Assembly: GCA_026395515.1 (NCBI GenBank)
Contig: JAPLYN010000005.1
Coordinates: 431,938 to 495,937, forward strand
From: Candidatus Peregrinibacteria bacterium
GTDB lineage: Bacteria > Patescibacteriota > Gracilibacteria > UBA1369 > LOWO2-01-FULL-3
DNA: 64,000 bases
Direction of reading: 5' to 3'
Positions 48,605 through 59,613 of this stretch are shown in pieces. The translations under genes were made by a program, and so were the position numbers. Within the stretch, counting starts at the first letter, position 1. Every line of letters starts with the position of its first letter. The notes beneath the pieces are model-generated. The model ran no database searches. It was given only the letters and a program-made list of their open reading frames with translations, and was not told the DNA's origin.

Positions 48605-48625
48605 TTCAAAAACATAAATAGCCTC

Positions 48626-50065
48626 ATGAAGCGTTTCGAAATATCCTTCGGTCTCCTAAAAATCCCAACAGATTTTCTGATGACCGTGCTCGCCTTCATG
48701 GTTGCCTACAAACTTCGTCTTATCACTGAACCAATCGAGGGTTTTTCTAAAGCCATCGATTTTTCCGTATTACCTACTCTCGCTCAATACTTTCTTTTCA
48801 GCTTAAAAGCCGCTGTAGCCCTCATCATAGTCTTCGGTCTCGGCCACATGTACACTTTGAAAACCACTTCTAAATTTACTACAGAAATCAGAAAAAATAT
48901 TATCCTCTGTATAATCTGGGCCACATTAATTATCTCCTATTTTTTCTTTGCCAGAATGTTCCCATTCTCCAGATTAGCCATGGCTTACAGCTGGGGCCTC
49001 ACACTACTTTTTACAATATTTGGTCGCGCCATTATCCGCTTCATTCAAAAAGGTTTTCTCCATATGGGAGTAGGTCAATGCCGTCTAATTTTTATTGGAA
49101 ACAACAGCATCACTCAAGAGATTGCAATGAGTCTCAGCAAAAATCCAAGCTATAAAATAATGGGTCTTATTGGAAATAAAACCCCAGAAGGAAATATAAA
49201 GTGTCTTGGCAATATGTCCGATCTCGAAACTATTCTCAAAAGAAATAAAGTCGACGAAATTATTCAAACTAAATCAGATATCAATGAAGCTCAGGATCAA
49301 AAAATCCTAGAATTTTGCGAACTAAACCAAATCGATTATCGCTTTATTCCTGATCTACTAGAGGTTCGTCGCACAAATATTAACGTAGAAACTATCAGCG
49401 GAATTCCTATCATCAGCTTAAAACCAACACCACTAGACGGTTGGGGTAAAGTCGCAAAAAGACTTCTCGATATTATTGGTGCCACTTTCGGCCTCATCAT
49501 TCTTTCTCCAATTTTTCTTATTACAGCAATTGCCATCAAGCTAGATTCAAAAGGACCAATCATCTTCAGAAAACTCGAAGATGGCTCCCCTGCGCGTCGC
49601 GTAGGACAAAAGGAAAGGCTTTTCACCTGCTACAAATTCCGCTCAATGTTTAAAGATACTCATCACTTGCGCTATGGAGAATTGGCAAAAAAGAATCTCC
49701 GCAAAGATGGACCTCTAATGAAAATCGCTGATGACCCTCGCGTCACCAAAGTAGGAAAATTTATTCGCCGTTATTCTATCGATGAATTACCACAGCTTTG
49801 GAATGTCTTAATCGGCAACATGAGTCTCGTCGGTCCTAGACCTCACCTTCCTGAAGAAGTAGCCAAATATCAAAAACAACACCACTTCGTTTTCAACATC
49901 AAACCAGGCTTAACCGGTATTTCCCAAATAAGTGGCCGTTCCGATCTCAGCTTTGATGAAGAAGCCAAGCTCGACCGTTTCTACATTGAGAACTGGTCTA
50001 TCTTGAGCGACCTCAAAATCATCCTAGGAACACTAGGCGTGATTGCGAAGGGATATAAAGAATAA
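48626..50065 (+). CDS. Polyprenyl-phosphate sugar-1-phosphate transferase (WcaJ/WbaP family)
   Basis: KRLLDI, YKFRSM, DPRVT, SIDELPQLWNV, SLVGPRP and KPGLTG motifs. Start revised to MKRFE, downstream of rnpB. Confidence 0.92.
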   Translation: MKRFEISFGLLKIPTDFLMTVLAFMVAYKLRLITEPIEGFSKAIDFSVLPTLAQYFLFSLKAAVALIIVFGLGHMYTLKTTSKFTTEIRKNIILCIIWATLIISYFFFARMFPFSRLAMAYSWGLTLLFTIFGRAIIRFIQKGFLHMGVGQCRLIFIGNNSITQEIAMSLSKNPSYKIMGLIGNKTPEGNIKCLGNMSDLETILKRNKVDEIIQTKSDINEAQDQKILEFCELNQIDYRFIPDLLEVRRTNINVETISGIPIISLKPTPLDGWGKVAKRLLDIIGATFGLIILSPIFLITAIAIKLDSKGPIIFRKLEDGSPARRVGQKERLFTCYKFRSMFKDTHHLRYGELAKKNLRKDGPLMKIADDPRVTKVGKFIRRYSIDELPQLWNVLIGNMSLVGPRPHLPEEVAKYQKQHHFVFNIKPGLTGISQISGRSDLSFDEEAKLDRFYIENWSILSDLKIILGTLGVIAKGYKE

Positions 50066-50716
50066 TTATCTTCCTCTCCAGGCAGTATAACCTCCAACAT
50101 CAACAAATTCAACAGCCCCAACGTCTGGCTGTTGTTCCTGATAATCAGGTCTTACGACTCTAGCAGCAGCAGCTGTAGCTCTTCTATCAAGAATAACCTC
50201 CAATCCATCTACAGGCTTCTTAGTTCTTCTAGCCTCACGTTCTTGAAAATCAGCAAAAGTTTTAACTGTTTTTGGAATATGTAGAGAATTTTTAGTTTGT
50301 CTAAAGTGATCTTTACCAACAACATGAAAAGTATCTGGAATTCTAAGACCAGCATCAGCAACACTTGTATCAACAAGCATATCTGCACCTTTCACAAAAC
50401 CCTGCTCTCTCAACTGCAATGCATCAACATCTAATAAATCATTAGAAACACCAAAAACTCTAGTTCTCACTCCTTCATGACACAAATGCTGTTCATCAAA
50501 ATCAGTTGGTGAAACATAACCTAAATCAGATAAATGATCAGCAGCACTAGCCGCTTCTAATTGAACATCATCTTCAACTAAATCACTCACTTCATCCATA
50601 TCATCTAAATCCGCATCAACACCATAATTTTTTGTACTTCTAAAGCTTGGATGAACATAAACACCCTTGTGCAATCCAGGCGCTTGTATCCTTTCTCCTT
50701 TGTTTCCATTTTCCAT
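50066..50716 (-). CDS. Hypothetical acidic protein
   Basis: Start revised to MENGNK (the longer ORF overlaps secA); TTGACA-16-TAGAAT upstream. Confidence 0.7.
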   Translation of the reverse strand: MENGNKGERIQAPGLHKGVYVHPSFRSTKNYGVDADLDDMDEVSDLVEDDVQLEAASAADHLSDLGYVSPTDFDEQHLCHEGVRTRVFGVSNDLLDVDALQLREQGFVKGADMLVDTSVADAGLRIPDTFHVVGKDHFRQTKNSLHIPKTVKTFADFQEREARRTKKPVDGLEVILDRRATAAAARVVRPDYQEQQPDVGAVEFVDVGGYTAWRGR

Positions 50717-50849
50717 ACAAATTTTTTTTATAAAACTACGGTCGCTGATTCTAACAACTTTTGAACATATGTCAATGCTAAACCTCCTCTTCTTCTCTAA
50801 AAAGTGATAAAATCTCACCACGATAAAAAATTTCCGAACAACCCCAAAA

Positions 50850-53504
50850 ATGATCTTAAATTTCTTAAATAAAATCATCGGCGATCACAACTCAAAAGTG
50901 CTCAAAAAGATTTATCCAATTGTCACTAAAGTTAATAAATTCTACGCTGAATACGAGACTACAATTACAGATCAAAATGCCGTTCTTGCAAAAACTAGTG
51001 AATTCAAAGAAAGATTAAAAAAAGGTGAAACTGTTGATGACATTCTGCCAGAAGCTTTTGCCCTCGTAAAAATCGCCTGCGTCCAACTCCAAGGTAAGTC
51101 CTGGACCGTTCGCGACAAAGAAGTTACTTGGGATATGGTTCCTTACGACGTACAGCTCATCGGAGGTATAGTTCTCCATCAAGGAAATATCGCCGAAATG
51201 AAAACCGGTGAAGGTAAAACTCTCGTTTGTACCCTACCTATTTATCTCAACGCCCTGACCGAAAAAGGAGTTTTCCTCGTAACTGTAAATGATTACCTCG
51301 CTCATCGTGATTCTGAATGGATGGCAGGTCTTTATAACTATCTCGGCCTTTCAGTAGGTTGTGTAGTTCACGGACAAAGTCCTCAAGAGAAAAAACAAGC
51401 TTACGACTGCGACATCACTTACGGTACAAATAACGAATTTGGTTTCGATTATCTTCGCGACAATATGGTCACTAGAGCCGAAGATGCTGTTCAAAGAAAT
51501 CTATTTTATGCCATCGTGGATGAGGTGGATTCCATCTTGATTGATGAAGCACGTACTCCTCTGATCATTTCCGCTCCAGCAGAAGAATCTACTAGCAAAT
51601 ATCAACAATATGCTCGTTTGATTCCACAACTTCAGGTCAATACTCACTACGTAATCGATGAGAAATTAAAAACTGCAAATCTTACCGAAGAAGGAATTAC
51701 CAAAATGGAACAACTCCTCGGTATTGAAAATATTTATACTGAAGCTGGCTTCTCCGAAGTTCACCACATCGAACAAGCTCTCCGCGCTCAAGCCTGCTAC
51801 AAAGCAGACGTGGATTATATGGTTACAAATGGCGAAATTATCATCATTGATGAATTTACCGGACGTCTCATGCAAGGTCGTCGCTACTCCAGCGGTTTGC
51901 ACCAAGCTATCGAAGCTAAGGAAAACGTAGAAGTAAATCGCGAATCAAAAACTCTCGCGACAGTTTCTTTCCAGAATTACTTCCGCTTGTTTGATAAACT
52001 TGCCGGTATGACTGGTACAGCCGCGACAGAATCCGAAGAGTTTTACAGAATTTATGGCTTAGACACAATCATAATCCCTACTCACAGACCAATTCAACGT
52101 AAAGATAATACTGACGTAATTTACAAAACACACAAAGGAAAATTCTTAAGCATCGTTCAAAAAGTAAAAGAACTTCACGAAAAAGGTCAGCCAGTTTTGG
52201 TTGGTACAATTTCCGTAGAAAAATCTGAAATGCTCAGCCAATTATTGAAACTTGAAGGAGTAAAACATAATGTTTTGAATGCTAAATATCATGAGCGTGA
52301 AGCCGAAATTGTTGCTGGAGCCGGACAAAAAGGCGCCGTGACTATTGCTACAAATATGGCTGGTCGTGGAACTGATATTAAGCTCGGAGAAGGAGTTGTA
52401 GACCTTGGTGGTCTATTTATCCTCGGCAGCGAACGTCATGAAGCTCGTCGTATCGACAATCAGCTTCGCGGTCGTTCTGGACGTCAGGGAGATCCAGGTG
52501 CCAGCGAATTCTTCATTTCCATGGAAGATGATTTGATGCGCCTTTTCGGAGCCGATCGCATCAAGAAAATGATGGACGTTTTGAAGGTGCCAGAAGATAT
52601 GCCAATTACAAACGGAATTATTTCTCGTTCAATTGAAAGCGCTCAGAAAAAAGTGGAAGGACATCATTTCGACATCAGAAAACATCTCGTTGAATACGAT
52701 GATGTAATGAACATTCACCGTAATGTTGTTTACAAGAAGCGCCAAAGATTCCTCAAAACTGAAGATTTGAAATCTGAAATTTTGGAAATGATCACCGAAC
52801 TTGCAGAAAATATTGTACGCAATCATTCTGAGGCTCGCGATCACCGCGAATGGAATTTTAAGGAAATTTGCGACAATTTAAATGCAATTCATAAAGACGA
52901 AAAGAATCTATTAACAGAAGATAATTTAAGAGAACCACGTTCTCAGGATGAGCTAATTGCTTTCGCTCAAAAATATTTACTAGACGCCTACGAAGCAAAA
53001 GAAAAAACTCTACCTACTCCACAAATTCTTCGCCAAATTGAGAGAAATATTTTCCTTCGCAACAATGACAATCTTTGGATGGATCATATCGATGCCATGA
53101 CTCAGCTTAGAGAAAATGTGGCTTTCGCTGGTTACGCGCAAAAAGACCCACTAGTTGAATACAAATCTCTGTCTTATGAAATGTTCATGGAAATGCTCGC
53201 TATGGTGCGCGCAAATACAGTAAACGCTCTATTCAAAATCGACGTTGAAAGAATAATGCCTCAACAAATAGTGATTCAGCCTCAAATCAAAAATATGCAG
53301 ACTAATGAGGCTCAAATTGAAGCAGCTGTTACAAAAGAAGATATTTCTACCGACAATAGCAATCCTGCAATCGTAAAAGTAAGCGCCAATGATTCTAGCA
53401 GACCTTCTTTTGCCAAAGGACCAGACTACAGCAATGTTGGACGCAACGATCCATGCCCATGTGGCAGCGGCAAGAAGTTTAAGAAATGTCACGACCAAGG
53501 TTAA
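50850..53504 (+). CDS. secA: Preprotein translocase ATPase SecA
   Basis: MKTGEGKT, DEVDSILIDEARTP, TNMAGRGTDI, QLRGRSGRQG and CPCGSGKKFKKCH motifs. Confidence 0.98.
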   Translation: MILNFLNKIIGDHNSKVLKKIYPIVTKVNKFYAEYETTITDQNAVLAKTSEFKERLKKGETVDDILPEAFALVKIACVQLQGKSWTVRDKEVTWDMVPYDVQLIGGIVLHQGNIAEMKTGEGKTLVCTLPIYLNALTEKGVFLVTVNDYLAHRDSEWMAGLYNYLGLSVGCVVHGQSPQEKKQAYDCDITYGTNNEFGFDYLRDNMVTRAEDAVQRNLFYAIVDEVDSILIDEARTPLIISAPAEESTSKYQQYARLIPQLQVNTHYVIDEKLKTANLTEEGITKMEQLLGIENIYTEAGFSEVHHIEQALRAQACYKADVDYMVTNGEIIIIDEFTGRLMQGRRYSSGLHQAIEAKENVEVNRESKTLATVSFQNYFRLFDKLAGMTGTAATESEEFYRIYGLDTIIIPTHRPIQRKDNTDVIYKTHKGKFLSIVQKVKELHEKGQPVLVGTISVEKSEMLSQLLKLEGVKHNVLNAKYHEREAEIVAGAGQKGAVTIATNMAGRGTDIKLGEGVVDLGGLFILGSERHEARRIDNQLRGRSGRQGDPGASEFFISMEDDLMRLFGADRIKKMMDVLKVPEDMPITNGIISRSIESAQKKVEGHHFDIRKHLVEYDDVMNIHRNVVYKKRQRFLKTEDLKSEILEMITELAENIVRNHSEARDHREWNFKEICDNLNAIHKDEKNLLTEDNLREPRSQDELIAFAQKYLLDAYEAKEKTLPTPQILRQIERNIFLRNNDNLWMDHIDAMTQLRENVAFAGYAQKDPLVEYKSLSYEMFMEMLAMVRANTVNALFKIDVERIMPQQIVIQPQIKNMQTNEAQIEAAVTKEDISTDNSNPAIVKVSANDSSRPSFAKGPDYSNVGRNDPCPCGSGKKFKKCHDQG

Positions 53505-53513
53505 TCTAAAACC

Positions 53514-54392
53514 ATGAAAAATCACTCAAAAATTCTGCAGCTTTTGCTCCTATCTTTTTTGTTAATTTCTTCCGGCTGTAATAATTCCACCCCAGATATG
53601 AAAAAAATAGATCCATCAACGCTAAAACCAGCACAAGCAAACATCCAATTGGATCAAATCTTATTAACCAGCGTAAACAGTACAAACACTCAATTTTTTC
53701 AAGGTAACACCTTGGAATTCGACGTTTACTTAGAAAGGACCGACCTCAATTTAAAAGAAAATAAAAAATATGACATTGAAATGCCTTTAACCTCAGACCT
53801 TCCTTTGGCACTTCAACCTAAACTTATGTACCTCAGCGACGTAAATGACACCAACCCTGAAAGTGGTTCAATGTGCGATAGGCCCCGCTTCCCACACCGT
53901 TGCAACGAGACTCTCAGCGCAGCTGATATGAAACTCGGCTCAAAAGATTATCTATTAAAAATAACTTTCGAAGACGACAGCTACGTTGCTAAAAAAATTA
54001 GTGTAAAAATTCCGACTCCCCTATCTCAACCTGAGATAACTTTTCCATTAGAAAATACTAAAGTTCAAAACACTAAATTCAATGTGAGCTTCAAGGACGT
54101 TGGAGCAGATACCTATGATGTTTCCGCTACAATGTGTGAAGAGTATAAAAACGACGGTATCAATCCTTGTCTCAACGAAGTAACATACAATTTAAAACGT
54201 AGCGGTAACACTTTCACTGCAGAGAACGCCACCGTTGAAGTCAAAAACGGACAAATTACGGTAAAATCAAACCTACCAATCTCCTTCGCTTTAGATATGT
54301 CCTACACCATCATTGCCACAACAAGCGGCAAAAATTCCGATAGCGTAAAGACTTTGCTCAGAACAAGCGCTACCAAACAATTCAAGAAATAG
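53514..54392 (+). CDS. Hypothetical lipoprotein
   Basis: SSGC lipobox; two Cys pairs; beta-rich. Confidence 0.75.
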   Translation: MKNHSKILQLLLLSFLLISSGCNNSTPDMKKIDPSTLKPAQANIQLDQILLTSVNSTNTQFFQGNTLEFDVYLERTDLNLKENKKYDIEMPLTSDLPLALQPKLMYLSDVNDTNPESGSMCDRPRFPHRCNETLSAADMKLGSKDYLLKITFEDDSYVAKKISVKIPTPLSQPEITFPLENTKVQNTKFNVSFKDVGADTYDVSATMCEEYKNDGINPCLNEVTYNLKRSGNTFTAENATVEVKNGQITVKSNLPISFALDMSYTIIATTSGKNSDSVKTLLRTSATKQFKK

Positions 54393-54411
54393 GCAAAATC
54401 ACAACTAAGGC

Positions 54412-54615
54412 TTAGCCCCTCGAGTCATCTTTTTGTTCCAAGACATCTGGATTAGATCCTGGCACGACGACTGGTTCTTTCAGCATACCTGTAGGAGCAT
54501 TATACTCAGCACCTGGAATAACATTAGTAGGATGGAGCTGTAAATTATCATTAGAAGATTGATCACAAGCACTGAATAACACCACCGATAACAAAAATAA
54601 GAGAATTTTTTTCAT
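54412..54615 (-). CDS. Small lipoprotein
   Basis: MKKILLFLLSVVLFSAC lipoprotein signal. Confidence 0.65.
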   Translation of the reverse strand: MKKILLFLLSVVLFSACDQSSNDNLQLHPTNVIPGAEYNAPTGMLKEPVVVPGSNPDVLEQKDDSRG

Positions 54616-54755
54616 AAAACTTTGAGATCAATCATTAATTTCCCTGCAGAAACTCTATCATACCTGTAAATAGAGAAAAAGTCGCCCAACACTGCAAAAA
54701 ATAAATATTTAAGATTATATTTGCCCCTCAATCTGAAAAATGTTATCTTTCAGGC

Positions 54756-57716
54756 ATGACACATCGCATCGAAGTTTTCACCAAGGTAAATGACAGCAAA
54801 TCTGAATTAATGGCCAAAAAGCTGCAGTCTTGGGGATTTAAAGTATCCGCCACTGCTGTTGTCGAAGCCTACATCATCAACAAAGACTTCAATAAAAACG
54901 AACTCAAAGACATAGCCGAAATGCTTTCCAATCCAGTGAGCCAAAGATATGGCATCGACGAAGCCCAGAAAGAAATTCCTTTTGATTTTGCTTTAGAAAT
55001 TGGCTTCCTGCCAGGTGTTACTGACAATATCGCCACAACTGCCCGCGAAAGTATCGAAGACTTCTTTAAAACTAAATTTGGACCAGATGAAAGCGTTCAC
55101 AGCTCCACTCTGCTTTTCATCAAAGGTGAACTTTCCGAAAAAGATGTTGAAACCATTGGAAACTCCATGGCCAACAGTCTCATTCAAAGAATCACAGTCA
55201 AAACTCACGATAAATTCGCTGCTGATAACGGTATGGACGAAATTGTGCCAACTGTTCACCTCAAGAGTCACCCAGAAACAGACAAAGTTAATTTAAATAT
55301 TCCAGAAGAAGAATTACTAAAACTCGGCAAAGAAGGAATCACAGATAAGGATGGAACACGCCGCGGACCGCTAGCTCTTGAGAAAGATCAGCTCGATGTA
55401 ATCAAAGATTATTTCACCAAAGAAAATCGCGAACCAAACGATATTGAAATCGAATCTCTCGCTCAAACTTGGTCTGAACACTGCAAACACACTATCTTCG
55501 CCGCTAAAATTGATGACAACGAAGACGGCTTATACAAGGGCTATATCAAACGTGCCACGAACGATATCCGCAAAGCAAAAGGAGACAAAGATTTCTGCGT
55601 TTCCGTATTTTCCGATAATGCCGGAGGAATTATTTTCGACGAAAATTGGATAGTTACCGATAAAGCTGAAACTCATAATAGCCCATCCGCTCTCGATCCA
55701 TTCGGCGGTGCCATCACTGGTATCATCGGCGTAAATCGCGACTGTCTTGGCTTCGGAAAAGGCGCAAAACCTGTAATTAATAAATATGGATTCTGCGTCG
55801 GAAATCCTTTTGATAAAGAACCGATTTACCGCGACGCTAAGCTCACAAATGCCGCTCTTTCTCCTCATAGAATTCTCGAAGGCGTCATTGAAGGTGTAAA
55901 CGCCGGTGGTAACTGCAGCGGTATTCCTACTCCTCAAGGTTTCGTTTATTTCAATGATGGATATAAAGGAAAACCTCTGATTTTCGTAGGAACAGTAGGA
56001 CTTATCCCAAGAAAAATTAATGGTAAAAATAGCTGGGAAAAGAAAGCTCAACCAGGAGATAAAATTGTGATTATTGGCGGACGTGTGGGTCTCGATGGAG
56101 TACATGGAGCGACTTTTTCTTCTGAAGCTCTGACCTCGGGAAGTCCAGCAACAGCCGTACAAATCGGCGATCCGATTACCCAGAAAAAATTCTCAGATGC
56201 AATTGTGAAAGAAGCCCGCGACCTAAATCTCTACAACAGCATTACTGATAATGGTGCTGGAGGTATTTCTTGTTCTGTCCCGGAAATGGCTAAAGAATGC
56301 GGCGGATGCGTAGTAGATCTTGAAAAAGTTCCTCTCAAATATCCAAACCTTTCTCCATGGCAAATCTGGATTAGTGAGTCTCAGGAAAGAATGACTCTCT
56401 CCATTCCATCAGAAAAATTAGCCGAATTTGAAGCCCTCATGGCAAAGCGTGGCGTAGAATCCACTGTCATTGGTGAATTCACAGATAACGGACGCTGCTT
56501 AGTGAAATTCAATGGCACTCCAATTATGGACTTGGAAATGAATTTCCTCCATGACGGATTACCTCGCAAGATCCTCAAAACTACTTATACAAAACCAACA
56601 AATCCAGAACCAGAGTTTAATCAGCCATCAGATCTTACTCAGACTTTGACTGAAATGCTTGCTCGTCCAAATATTTGCAGCTACGAAGATATCAGCACTC
56701 AATATGATCATAATGTACAAGGTGGCACGATCGTAAAACCACTTCAAGGAAAGGGTCGTGTGAATGGCGTCGCTTCAGTCACTAAGCCACTTCCAGAAAG
56801 CAATAGAGGTGTAATTTGTTCTCAGGGACTTAATCCAATTTATTCTGAAATTGATACTTACCATATGGCCGCTTGCGCCATCGATACAGCTGTAAGAAAT
56901 GTAATCGCCATCGGGGGAACTCTCGATCACTTAGCACTTATGGATAATTTCTGTTGGTGCAGCTCAAACGAAGCAGAAAGACTCGGACAATTAAAAGCTG
57001 CTTGTGAAGCCGTTTATGAATATGCCGTGGCTTATGGCACACCATACATTTCCGGTAAAGACTCAATGTTTAACGACTTCAAAGGATTTGATAAAGACGG
57101 CAATCCAATCAAGATTTCTGTTCCACCAACACTTTTAATTTCTTCACTCGGCGTACTCGATGATCTCACTCTCGCCGTTTCCTTAGATCCAAAATTTGCT
57201 GGAGATTTAGTTTATATTTTAGGCGAAACAAAAGATGAATTAGGAGGCAGCGAATATTTTGCTTCACAAAAAGTCATTGGAAATTCTGTTCCAAAAGTAG
57301 ACACAAAATCTGCAATTTCACTTTATCGCGCTTTCCGCACCGCCGTAGAAAAACGCCTAATTGCCTCAGCCCTAAGCCCACAATTCGGTGGACTAGGAGT
57401 TACTTTGGCAAAGAAAGCTATAGCCGGACAGCTCGGAATGGAAATTGATTTAGGCAAAATTCCAGGCGCAAAAAATATCACTCGCCTAGATCACCTACTA
57501 TTCTCAGAAACTCAATCTCGCTTCATCGTTACGATAAATCCAAAGAATAAAGAAGAATTCGAAAAGAACTTTGCTGGCCTTACTCTAGCCCAAATCGGCG
57601 TGATCAATGCTGACCAAAATTTCGTTCTAAAAAATGGCGACAAAGTAATTGTAAAAACTAATATTTCAAATCTCGACCAATCTTACCGCAAAACTTTTAA
57701 TCGCTTTGCAGAATAA
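54756..57716 (+). CDS. purL: Phosphoribosylformylglycinamidine synthase PurL with N-terminal PurS-like extension
   Basis: QTWSEHCKH, ETHNSPS, DGVHGATFSS, DNGAGG, SESQERM and SGKDSM motifs; about 170-aa N-terminal extension with PGVTDN. Confidence 0.93.
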   Translation: MTHRIEVFTKVNDSKSELMAKKLQSWGFKVSATAVVEAYIINKDFNKNELKDIAEMLSNPVSQRYGIDEAQKEIPFDFALEIGFLPGVTDNIATTARESIEDFFKTKFGPDESVHSSTLLFIKGELSEKDVETIGNSMANSLIQRITVKTHDKFAADNGMDEIVPTVHLKSHPETDKVNLNIPEEELLKLGKEGITDKDGTRRGPLALEKDQLDVIKDYFTKENREPNDIEIESLAQTWSEHCKHTIFAAKIDDNEDGLYKGYIKRATNDIRKAKGDKDFCVSVFSDNAGGIIFDENWIVTDKAETHNSPSALDPFGGAITGIIGVNRDCLGFGKGAKPVINKYGFCVGNPFDKEPIYRDAKLTNAALSPHRILEGVIEGVNAGGNCSGIPTPQGFVYFNDGYKGKPLIFVGTVGLIPRKINGKNSWEKKAQPGDKIVIIGGRVGLDGVHGATFSSEALTSGSPATAVQIGDPITQKKFSDAIVKEARDLNLYNSITDNGAGGISCSVPEMAKECGGCVVDLEKVPLKYPNLSPWQIWISESQERMTLSIPSEKLAEFEALMAKRGVESTVIGEFTDNGRCLVKFNGTPIMDLEMNFLHDGLPRKILKTTYTKPTNPEPEFNQPSDLTQTLTEMLARPNICSYEDISTQYDHNVQGGTIVKPLQGKGRVNGVASVTKPLPESNRGVICSQGLNPIYSEIDTYHMAACAIDTAVRNVIAIGGTLDHLALMDNFCWCSSNEAERLGQLKAACEAVYEYAVAYGTPYISGKDSMFNDFKGFDKDGNPIKISVPPTLLISSLGVLDDLTLAVSLDPKFAGDLVYILGETKDELGGSEYFASQKVIGNSVPKVDTKSAISLYRAFRTAVEKRLIASALSPQFGGLGVTLAKKAIAGQLGMEIDLGKIPGAKNITRLDHLLFSETQSRFIVTINPKNKEEFEKNFAGLTLAQIGVINADQNFVLKNGDKVIVKTNISNLDQSYRKTFNRFAE

Positions 57717-57718
57717 CT

Positions 57719-58522
57719 ATGAAACCAAAAATTCTCGTCATCACCGGCTACGGCATCAACTGCGAAGAAGAAACCGCAAAGTGTTTTAATTGGGTTGGTG
57801 GCGAATCTGAAATTGTACACGTAAATGACATCATCGATGGCAGCCATAAGCTAAAAAACTATCAAATTATCGCCTTCCCTGGTGGATTCTCATACGGCGA
57901 CGACACCGGTTCCGGCAATGCTCTCGCCAATAAAATCAGAAACAATTTAAAAGAAGATCTACTTACTTATCTCAAAGAAGACAAACTCGTAATCGGCATC
58001 TGCAACGGTATGCAAATTATGGCTAACCTTGGGCTTATTCCAGCCACTGACATGAAATATGGAGAACGCCAAGCCGCCCTCATGCGCAACCAACACGTGA
58101 GCCTCGAATGTCGCTGGATTCACGTGAAAAATGTTTCTCAGAAATGTGTTTGGACTAAGGGAGTAGAAATGATGCACCTCCCAATTTCTCACGGTGAAGG
58201 AAATTTTTATGTAGAACCTGCGACCCTAGAAAAAATGAAAGCCAATGATCAGATAGTATTCAAATTCGTAAACGAAGACGGCACTCCAGCCAACAATAAA
58301 TTCCCTGCTAATCCAAACGGCGCGATGGAAGACATCACCGGCGTTTGCGATCCTACGGGAAAAGTTTTTGCTCTCATGCCACATCCTGAACGTTTCAATT
58401 CTTGGACTAACGAAGACGGCTGGGAACTAAAAAAAGAACAACTTATCCGCGAAGGTAAACCATTCCCAGCTGAAGGAGACGGCCTAAAAATTCTTCGCAA
58501 CGGAATAAACTACTTCAACTAA
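57719..58522 (+). CDS. purQ: FGAM synthase glutaminase subunit PurQ
   Basis: GINCE, PGGFSYGD, GICNG, HGEG and MPHPER motifs. Confidence 0.95.
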   Translation: MKPKILVITGYGINCEEETAKCFNWVGGESEIVHVNDIIDGSHKLKNYQIIAFPGGFSYGDDTGSGNALANKIRNNLKEDLLTYLKEDKLVIGICNGMQIMANLGLIPATDMKYGERQAALMRNQHVSLECRWIHVKNVSQKCVWTKGVEMMHLPISHGEGNFYVEPATLEKMKANDQIVFKFVNEDGTPANNKFPANPNGAMEDITGVCDPTGKVFALMPHPERFNSWTNEDGWELKKEQLIREGKPFPAEGDGLKILRNGINYFN

Positions 58523-58590
58523 AACTCTCCGCCGCTACCAGATTGACAAAACTGCTAGGAGGCCTACAATAGACTCTTTAAGTAAAGTCT

Positions 58591-59577
58591 ATGTCTCTTA
58601 ATATTCCCAATCTAGAAGATATCTCCAAAGGTGCAAACACCTTAAGAAATGCTGAATTGAATGGTGTAAGAGGCGTAATGGAAATCAAAGGGCAAAAGCC
58701 AGGTCCTAGACTCTATCTCGGCACCGGAACTCATGGTGACGAATGGATAGGCAGCGGTTTAGTGGTGCCATTTTTGAAACAAGAACTTCAACTCGTTCGT
58801 GGTTCTATAGTCATTGCTATCAATAATCTTTTAGCTTTCGATAAAAGAGTTAGAAAATTACCAAACGGCCAAAATTTCAATCGTATGCCAGCCGACATTA
58901 TGGAAAGGCCTCGCAAGGAATGGACTGCTATACGTATGCAAGCACTCAAAAATTCTGGTGCTCTCGACGCCACACACGGTTTCGACGCGCACACAGTTGT
59001 AAATCAATGCGACCCAATGACCTTACACATTAAAGGTCGTACAGACTTTGGCAAACTGATAGGTATCCAGGATCATATTACAAATATTGTTGAGCATCAC
59101 TATGTAGAACCAGGATCTGTACCACTTCTAGCTTTCGGTAATTTTATCGGTGGCGTGGAAAATAATGATGTACCAGTAATTGAAGTCGAAGGAGGCGGAC
59201 CACACAATGATCCTAGAATAATAATTGGTTTAATTAATGGATTGGTAGCGACCTTAATGGAATTAGAAATGATAGACGGAAGACACGTTGAAGAAAGCCC
59301 AATAACTAAAAGAGAATACAAAATTATAGGTTCACAAAAACTTTCTACCGATTACGAAGTGGTTCACGAATATGGTCAATACCAACAGATGAAAGTTGGA
59401 GAATTAATTGCTCGCGACACCACAGAAAAAAATTCTGACATTTTAGCTCAACCAAACCGCACCCTAATTTTTCCTTTACCTGAAGGCCGAATCACTACTA
59501 CCAGTGATGATGAATTTTTCTATTCTGAACCTGCGAGAATCACTCAAATCCAAGGAATCAGAGCGAGACTAAAATAA
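58591..59577 (+). CDS. M14 succinylglutamate desuccinylase/aspartoacylase-like zinc hydrolase
   Basis: GTHGDE (HxxE), NFNR, DAH and EVEGG motifs. Confidence 0.7.
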   Translation: MSLNIPNLEDISKGANTLRNAELNGVRGVMEIKGQKPGPRLYLGTGTHGDEWIGSGLVVPFLKQELQLVRGSIVIAINNLLAFDKRVRKLPNGQNFNRMPADIMERPRKEWTAIRMQALKNSGALDATHGFDAHTVVNQCDPMTLHIKGRTDFGKLIGIQDHITNIVEHHYVEPGSVPLLAFGNFIGGVENNDVPVIEVEGGGPHNDPRIIIGLINGLVATLMELEMIDGRHVEESPITKREYKIIGSQKLSTDYEVVHEYGQYQQMKVGELIARDTTEKNSDILAQPNRTLIFPLPEGRITTTSDDEFFYSEPARITQIQGIRARLK

Positions 59578-59613
59578 ACTATGCTATAATCCAAGCATAC
59601 TTTATTTTTCCCT

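Noticed and set aside
48077-48625. ORF-track entries 48077-48304, 48343-48531, 48399-48596 and the 48566 start of the sugar transferase
   Set aside because: They overlap the RNase P RNA and are spurious; the transferase start was moved to 48626.
54616-54755. Purine or ZTP riboswitch upstream of purL
   Set aside because: purL appears leaderless and no aptamer-like structure is present.
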